Source: Macrostomum lignano
Lineage: Eukaryota
NCBI GenBank assembly: GCA_002269645.1
Contig: NIVC01002499.1
Location: forward strand, 62,001 to 126,000
Length of the DNA stretch: 64,000 bases
Direction: 5' to 3'
Shown: in pieces, positions 57,601-64,000 of the stretch
Numbering within the stretch: the stretch's first letter is position 1
Layout of the letters: every line of letters begins with the position of its first letter
The notes under the pieces: model-generated
What the model was told of the DNA's origin: nothing
The model's database searches: none
Seen by the model: the letters and a program-made list of their open reading frames with translations, nothing else
Position numbers and translations under genes: made by a program

Positions 57601-59399
57601 TGGGGAGACACGGGAAGGGGTGGGGAGACACGGGAAGGGTGGGGAGACACGGGAAGTGGGGAGACACGGGAAGGGGTGGGAGACACGGGAAGGGGTGGGG
57701 AGACACGGGAAGGGGTGAGGAGACACGGGAAGGGGTTGTGAGACGCGGGAAGGGGTGGGGAGACACGGGAAGGGGTTGTGAGACGCGGGAAGGGGTGGGG
57801 AGACACGGGAAGGGGTGGGGAGACACGGGAAGGGGTGGGGAGACACGGGAAGGGGTGGGGAGACACGGGAAGGGGTGAGGAGACACGGGAAGGGGTGGGG
57901 AGACACGGGAAGGGGTGGGGAGACACGGGAAGCGGTGGGGAGACACGGGAAGCGGTGGGGAGACACGGGAAGGGGTGAGGAGACACGGGAAGGGGTGGGG
58001 AGACACGGGAAGCGGTGGGGAGACACGGGAAGGGGTGGGGAGACCCAGACTGCAGCAAATTCGCAATTTTTTAGCACTGTCGAGTTCCCCCTCTCCATTC
58101 CGGAGCTGGGCCGCTTGCTGAGGCTGCGAGTTCGAATCCCAGAGGAGAATTTCCGTCCCGCCCAGGCCGCTGATGATGGAATCGAGAAGGAGGCCTCCGA
58201 TTCCGCCTCATCAGGGAGCTGGATTCTGGACAGGGTAAGCTGAGCTGACAGCTGGTTGATGGAGCGCCTGCCATATGGAGTGTTGGCCTGGACCTGTGGC
58301 AGGGCGGACTTTCATAATTGTCTATATTATTAATAACCAGTGCGGGCTGCCAGTGTTGACTCAAAGCTGCCGCAGTTGGTAAACAGCTGCCCGCTTTGTC
58401 GAGTGACGCCCCAGTTTGCTGCCAGCCCCCGCAGCCGCTCAGTCACTCAGCTGGCCGCAACTCCCCCCCCCATAGCGAATTCTCCCAGATTCCTCTTCCA
58501 TTGTTCGCTGGCTGGGAGACCCTGCGGCGCAGGGGATGAAGGAGGCCAGAGCTCAAAAAAAGTTTCCAACTTTTGCATCGCCCTGACAGCGGATTCCGGG
58601 CCGCGCGCCGAGCCATTGAGGATTAATTTCCTGCTCACCCGGCGGGAGAGGGGCCGGGGATGAAGCCCGGAGACTGGGGGACAATGGAGAGGCTGCGGGC
58701 TGGGGATTTGTCCGGCAGAGAGCAGCTCAGCGAGCTCAGGCACTGGGGGCTGGCTCGGGATCTCCAGCTTCCGGTCCCCCAGCCTCCCTGCCAGTGCCTC
58801 ATCGCCTGCACCCCTGAGTCCCCCCAAAAATGCCGCATTGTCTCACCTGCTCAGACGGAGTTTTATGGTGTTGGAGGAAAAATGTTGTTCAATTTTTGTA
58901 CTTTAGCATCTCCAAGACGGAATCGGACTGCAAACTGTGTGGCATTCAAACTGTGCTCGAATTGGTAACAGAAATTATTTAACAGCACTGAGCCATTCCG
59001 TTTGACCGCCAGTCGCCGCTATCGCTGGGCCCAGCGAGATAAGCAGCTAATCTTCCTGCTGCTGTGCCTCCAGTTTTATACTACTGGCTCAAGGCTGAAA
59101 TCAGTAGTAGAAAGCGGGCTTGGAAGTCGTTTATGCCGATGCAGTAGGACTGACGTTGGTTCGAGTCCCGCTATTGCCTAAGTTCTTTTGCATAAATTTC
59201 TATTCTGCAATGCAAAACATCAACTCGACATATCGCGTCATACGAATCTCCATGGAAACTAAAAACGGAAAAACTTTTCGATTTCAATTTGCTGCAGGTG
59301 GAGATCGTCAATGCAGCCAGCGGCGCCACCGTCAGCTTCAGGTGCGGGCAGGCGCTCACTGAGGACTTCCCGGGCCGGACTCTGCGGGCTGATGACTGA
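45682..59399 (+). CDS. Large gene model: ERICH3-type N-terminus, DUF4590, Gln-rich tract and C-terminal PLAT/LH2 domain; exons 45682-45707, 46204-46300, (unresolved 46.3-47.2 kb, including 47024-47167), 47238-47586, 48725-48911, 49259-49389, 49484-49603, 51641-51775, 53508-53563, 53627-54338, 54409-54492, 54585-54650, 56403-56477, 56559-56745, 58075-58234, 59298-59399
   Basis: MPRLNADSG-LLAY...NN...LERAGL resembles the ERICH3 N-terminus. DUF4590 motifs QQHSGGNTLRVF, FTFVSRRHRGFPFSL, RLSTCCEFRH, PCFKC. PLAT: YKLRFVT..VRVNLVGERGQSG, LGRLLRLRV..WILDR-VEIV..FRC. Exons from 47238 onward are phase-compatible, but further exons may exist and single-gene continuity is inferred. Confidence 0.72.
46630..46852 (-). 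mobile_element. Dispersed repeat, copy 2 of the 62-372 family (internally deleted), inside the ERICH3-like gene
   Basis: Same collinear blocks as copy 1; lacks roughly 80-90 bp present in copy 1. Confidence 0.6.
47632..48200. repeat. Minisatellite, 26-28-bp unit TATCTGAGGTCCTGAAGCACTGTG(GG), intronic
   Basis: Direct tandem repetition with a decaying right end. Confidence 0.94.
48915..49165. repeat. Minisatellite, 18-bp unit TGTGCTGGACTTCTAGAG, starting at the donor
   Basis: Direct tandem repetition. Confidence 0.95.
50845..51245. repeat. Minisatellite, 20-bp unit GAGATCTCAGAAGTGAGTGT
   Basis: ~19 copies, nearly all containing AA|GTGAGT. Confidence 0.96.
51825..52215. repeat. Minisatellite, ~26-bp unit ACTCCCTGACACTCATCAATCTGAGC, intronic
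   Basis: Direct tandem repetition. Confidence 0.93.
52890..53177. repeat. Minisatellite, ~30-bp unit GATGCTGAGGAACTCTAGGGCTAAGGCTGG
   Basis: Direct tandem repetition; near-copy of unique sequence at 52838-52880. Confidence 0.92.
54690..55775. repeat. Minisatellite, 10-bp unit GATCATTCGG, ~105 copies, intronic
   Basis: Direct tandem repetition. Confidence 0.97.
56765..58045. repeat. G-rich minisatellite, ~21-bp unit GGGGTGGGGAGACACGGGAA, intron inside the PLAT domain
   Basis: Direct tandem repetition with G-runs. Confidence 0.96.
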
Positions 59400-59402
59400 A
59401 TT

Positions 59403-59533
59403 GAGCACTCGGGGAGCTGGCACTCGGGGAGCTGGCACTCGGGGAGCTGAGCACTCGGGGAGCTGAGCACTCGGGGAGCTGAGCACTCGGGGAGCTGAGC
59501 ACTCGGGGAGCTGAGCACTCGGGGAGCTGAGCA
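59403..59533. repeat. Minisatellite, 16-bp unit GAGCACTCGGGGAGCT, directly after the PLAT stop codon
   Basis: Direct tandem repetition. Confidence 0.95.
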
Positions 59534-59914
59534 CCCGAGTCATCCTCATCTGCTCCTGAGTTTGCTGATGCTTTCTTTCTTAACTTTGTCAGCTACTTTT
59601 TGCAATTCTGTTTTCTCTGGACTTTCGCGCTTTTAGATTTGAATATAATAATTTTTATAAAGTCGTTCTCAAAACTAAAACTATTGCAAACTCCGCTTAC
59701 CTTGGATTAGCTGATGTTAAGAGATTAACAATGGCCTACTCACAAAGCATACTCAAAATAAATACAAGACAATTCATCTCACCTTATTTGTACTTTGTGC
59801 TTCAAACAATTTTGAATTTTGAATTTGTTTTTTGCGTTTGTCAATTTTTAGGAAATTTTTTAAAAACTTAGGCCGCCGCAGCTGCGTTTTTTATAAGACC
59901 TGTGCATCCATCTG

Positions 59915-60290
59915 CATGTACAGCTGCTGTAGTCTGGATGTACAGCTACTGTAATCTGGATGTACAGCTGCTGTAGTCTGGATGTACAGCTGCTGTAGTC
60001 TGGATGTACAGCTACTGTAATCTGGATGTACAGCTACTGTAATCTGGATGTACAGCTACTGTAATCTGGATGTACAGCTACTGTAATCTGGATGTACAGC
60101 TACTGTAATCTGGATGTACAGCTACTGTAATCTGGATGTACAGCTACTGTAATCTGGATGTACAGCTACTGTAATCTGGATGTACAGCTACTGTAATCTG
60201 GATGTACAGCTACTGTAATCTGGATGTACAGCTACTGTAATCTGGATGTGCAGCTACTGTAATCTGGATGTACAGCTACTGTAATCTGTA
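59915..60290. repeat. Minisatellite, 22-bp unit TGGATGTACAGCTACTGTAATC
   Basis: Direct tandem repetition. Confidence 0.96.
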
Positions 60291-60401
60291 TTGAACACAT
60301 GTCCATAGACCATCATGAGTAAAAACTAAATAAACAAAAAGATTAGACAGACAAAGTGCCCGGTTGCAGCAGGTCAAAATGTACACCGCGGCCCCCAGCT
60401 G

Positions 60402-61572
60402 TCACTCCAGCCGCACGCAGGCGGTCTCCTGATCGGACTTGGTGCACACGCACTCCAGGCTGACGCTGCGGCCGTTCAGCAGCAGGGTGCGCTTGTAGGC
60501 GGCTCCGAGGGCCACCCGAGCGCCGGCCTCGTCCTGGCATCCGTCATCGTCGCGCAGGTCGTCCTGGCTGGCGCAGTTCACGTAGTGGCCATTGGCGTCG
60601 CATTCGCAGAAGAGCGACTCGCCGCCCGATGTCTCCACGGAGACGCGCTGGCCGGGCTGGCGGAGGCTGCCGTCGGCATCCACACAGCCCGTCTGGTTGC
60701 CGCTGCGGCGGCTGGCGCAGAAGAAGCTCATCTCGTGGCTGCCGCGGCGGGGGGGGTCAGGCAGCTGGGGCAGGTAGCTGGGGGGATCAGGCAGCTGGGG
60801 TCTGGTAGCTGGGGGTCAGGTAGCTGGTAGTCAGGTAGCTAGGGGGTCAGGTCAGATAGCTAGGGGGTCAGGTAGCTGGGGGTCAGTAGTGGGGTTCAGT
60901 AGTGGGGGTCAGGTAGTTCGGGGTCAGGTAGCTGGGGGTCAGTAGTGGGGGTCAGGTAGATGGGGTCAGGTAGTTGGATTCAAGTAGCTGAGGTCAGGTA
61001 GCTAGGGGGTCAGGCATCTGGGGGTCAGTAGTGGGGGTCAGGTAGCTAGGGGGTCAAGTAGCTGGGGGTCAGTAGTGGGGGTCAGGTAGCTAGGGGGTCA
61101 GGCATCTGGGGGTCAGTAGTGGGGGTCAGGTAGCTGGGGGTCAGTAGTGGGGGTCAGGTAGCTGGGGGTCAGTAGTGGGGGTCAGGTAGCTGGGGGTCAG
61201 AATTGGGGGTCAGGCATCATCTTGAAAAGCCTTTTATAACGTCACCATTCCGTGCTGCCTGCTCCGTACTCACCTGCCCTCCAGGTCCTCCACGCACTTG
61301 CACTCCAGAGTGCGGACCAGCGCAGAGCCCTGCTGGCTGTCGGCCTCAGCCTGGCGCTGCTCGTTGACCTTGGCCAGCACGGACTTGCGCTCCAGCTCGA
61401 AGCGGCAGCGGTCCCAGGACTCGCAGCGGCAGACCCGGTCGAAGCAGGCGTCTCCACTCGGGTTGGGCAGCAATCCGCCATTCGGCACCATGCGGCCTTC
61501 GTGCACGCACTGGGTGGCGACAAGGGCTGGCAGCAGGCAGATGAACAGCCACGAACTACGGCTGGCTGGCAT
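60402..61572 (-). CDS. Secreted Cys-rich protein (~211 aa) with four 4-Cys FN1/VWC-like modules; exons 61572-61274 and 60738-60402
   Basis: Signal peptide MPASRSSWLFICLLPALVATQ. Phase-2 GT-AG intron (AG|GTGAGT ... cag|C). Repeated C-x(n)-CxC-x(5-14)-C modules. Confidence 0.85.
60755..61215. repeat. G-rich minisatellite (GGGGGTCAGGTAGCT / GGGGGTCAGTAGT) filling the intron of the secreted protein
   Basis: Direct tandem repetition. Confidence 0.93.
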
Positions 61573-61989
61573 GGCTGGGATCTGGGATTCGGATTGCGGC
61601 TCTGGGACTAAAAGAAAAATGAAGCTTCGCTACCTTGAAGCAAGCGACTGCGCATTTATCCCATCCTGATCCTCTGCTGCGGGGCTGGGGCTGGTTCGCA
61701 GTTCACAGGGATAGGGAGGCAGGGAGATTACTGCGCAGCTGGGCTGTACACAACCCCATCCTCTCGCTGCCCTCTCGCCTTCCATTTTAAGCTAGGATTG
61801 CGGCAGGGAGGCGATGCAGCCCCCCCCCCTCCTTCCAGTGTGTGCTGCGGATGGTTCTGCATTGCAGGCGCAATCGTCCTTGCTGCACTTGCACTGGGCC
61901 TGCCGTTATGCGTAGTTGCTTGAGCGCTGGATGATCAAGTTGAAGTTAATTTTGTCAGTTGTCCGAATTCTGAAGCTCGTGTACGTGCC

Positions 61990-62313
61990 AAGCTCTTTTG
62001 ATCATAATATGGAAATGTGTCAGCTCTTTTGTCCTTTGAAGGAAATGTGTCAGCTCTTTTGTCCTTTCAAGGAAATGTGTCAGCTCTTTTGTCCTTTGAA
62101 GGAAATGTGTCAGCTCTTTTGTCCTTTCAAGGAAATGTGTCAGCTCTTTTGATCATAATATGGAAATGTGTCAGCTCTTTTGATCATAATATGGAAATGT
62201 GTCAGCTCTTTTGTCCTTTCAAGGAAATGTGTCAGCTCTTTTAATCATAATATGGAAATGTGTCAGCTCTTTTGATCATAATATGGAAATGTGTCAGCTC
62301 TTTTGTCCTTTCA
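61990..62313. repeat. Minisatellite, 30-32-bp units AAATGTGTCAGCTCTTTT(GTCCTTT[C/G]AAGG or GATCATAATATGG), interrupted by the retrotransposon
   Basis: Direct tandem repetition ending abruptly at 62315. Confidence 0.94.
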
Positions 62314-64000
62314 AGGGCCGGGGCTGTTGCCCCCAGGACCCCGGGTCCTGCACGTAATGGCGTGGTGAACTATCTGTGCAGTATGAGACTGGTATGGCCT
62401 TTATCCCAGCCAGCGATGCTCACACCTGCCTCCCCTGGCGGGCTGATAGCTCAAGAGACTCTGTCTCCTGATTTTCACCTTGCAAGGCGCACTTCGAAGG
62501 GTACTCGTCCCGTGGGTGTTAAGGCAGGCCCCCTTGGGCCCTGCCGAGCTGATTCGTTGGCGCCGGGTCCTGGTGTGACCATAAACGCACCCTCTAATGT
62601 CCCAGTGTAACTCCGTGCTGATGGACGCTTGGCCAGGGAGTAGTCTGGTCGCTAACGGTTCCCCTTGCGCTTTTGGGTCCCCCCGCAGGGTGGTATTTTG
62701 CTTTTTGGGGGCCTGCCGCTTGGTTTGGGGTTGCGGCCTTGCGGCTCTTTGCCTGTGTTCTGCAGGAAGTCCCACCTTTTTACTTCCAGCCAATGGCTTC
62801 TAACCGAAGAAATCAACCGGCTGTGGATGACACAGTGCCTCCGGCCTCGGCTGGGGCCGTGGACTCCTCGGCCATACCACCTGCTACCATCGGGGACGCC
62901 TCGGCGAGACCCGTGGAGCCAACTCTGAGCGGTGCCTCCGAGAAGACACCTGCTACTCCAGCTGCTAAGAAACGCAGCACCACCTCTGGAGCTGCCCGCC
63001 GTCGACTTAACAAGGCGAGGCGGGCCAAGGAGGGCGGAAGCCAAACCGGTGCCAGGGGCCAACGGCCCGCGGCAGCGGAAGCTTCCCAGTCTGGGGCGGT
63101 GGCGGAAGAGGGCCTCGAGCCCACGGAAGCCCCTGCCCAGGATAGGGAGGCCGATGCAGCCGGGAGGGTGGACAGCCCACCTGAAGAAAGCTCCACTGAC
63201 CCCCGGGCCTCCTACGCTGATGCGGCAAAGAGGCAACCGGCGGTTGTCATCCTGGGAAAGGACGCGCGCCTGTCTCCCGATCAGCTGAAGCAGGTGAGAA
63301 GTGCCGTTGATGGCCTCCTGTGGAAGCAAACTCTGAAGGGCACGCCTCTGAACATTCATTCGAATGCGACGAGGGACTCGTGCCTTCTCATTTGGCCCAG
63401 TGATGCTGACTCGGGTCGGCGGCTCCTTGAGCTGCTGCCCGAGCAGAGCTGGGACCTCAACCTAGCCTTCTGCAGAGAGGACGAGCGCCCCCGGACCAAG
63501 AGGCATCGAATCTGGGTCCCGGCCAGGAGCGTTGTTACCTCTGCTGACGAGCTCCGGAAAGGACTGCTAGCAGTCAACCGGGAGCTTCCCGCCGCGGGCC
63601 TAGTGGTGCATGACACCCTTAAGCGCACCGACGGCACTGGCTTCACAGCCATCCTGGGGCTGTCGGACGCCTGGATGAGGCGTTATCCACACGGCAGCTT
63701 CATCAACGTCGGCCTTTGGAAGCTGCGCATCCGCTCCTACGAGGCCGACCCTCCCCGTGGCAGTGAGCAGGGCGGGCGGGATGCGGAGGCGGCCGGGGCC
63801 GAGGCGCAAGCCTCTGCTCAGACTGCCAAAGCAAACCGCCCTGCCCGGCAGCACGGCCGCGCGGGCAAAGCTCAGCGCGCTGCTGAGGGCGGAGGCGACC
63901 GACGCCCGGCGCGCAGCACCAAGCGGCGCGGCCTGTACCAGCGTGCAGCTGAGGCAGTCCGTACCGCCAAAATCTCCCAGCTGAGGCGAGAGGTCGCCGG
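62314..64000 (+). mobile_element. 5' part of a non-LTR retrotransposon: ~480-nt structured 5' UTR and an uninterrupted ORF1 (62793 to beyond 64000), DUF4780/gag-like
   Basis: Hand translation is open from ATG 62793 to the window end (not listed in the track because there is no stop). Motifs SGAARRRLNKARR, SYADAAKR, RHRIWVP..LLAVNRELP as in DUF4780-type LINE ORF1 proteins. RT not in the window. Confidence 0.7.

Noticed and set aside
62314-62620. HDV-like ribozyme in the LINE 5' UTR
   Set aside because: Candidate L3 loops (GTCCCGT, TCCCCT, TGCACGT) could not be completed with P1, P1.1 and P2 pairings by eye. A descriptor search (RNArobo/Infernal) would be needed.

Overview
Eukaryotic (animal) genomic DNA with GC-rich spliced genes whose introns and spacers are filled with many unrelated minisatellites. 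This style suggests the flatworm Macrostomum lignano or a relative (inference, not verified). Left 13 kb, all minus strand: two claudin/PMP22-like 5' modules (TM1 plus a GLWxxC loop) with no TM2-4 exons found between them, an intronless vWA protein with a C-terminal domain resembling the plant ET/GIY-YIG-like domain, and a frameshifted TMEM272-like gene. 13.4-21.1 kb is an AT-rich island with MITE-like elements. A co-oriented plus-strand trio follows: ILVBL (4 exons), SUFU lacking its disordered loop, and a universal stress protein. Further right are an alpha-type nicotinic acetylcholine receptor subunit (minus) with altered agonist-site aromatics, a ~14-kb plus-strand gene model joining an ERICH3-type N-terminus, DUF4590, a poly-Q tract and a PLAT domain, a secreted protein with four FN1/VWC-like 4-Cys modules, and the 5' end of a non-LTR retrotransposon abutting a minisatellite. 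Most long ORFs in the supplied track are read-throughs of tandem repeats. Exon coordinates were derived by hand from GT/AG sites and phase, and family assignments come from recalled motifs, not database searches.
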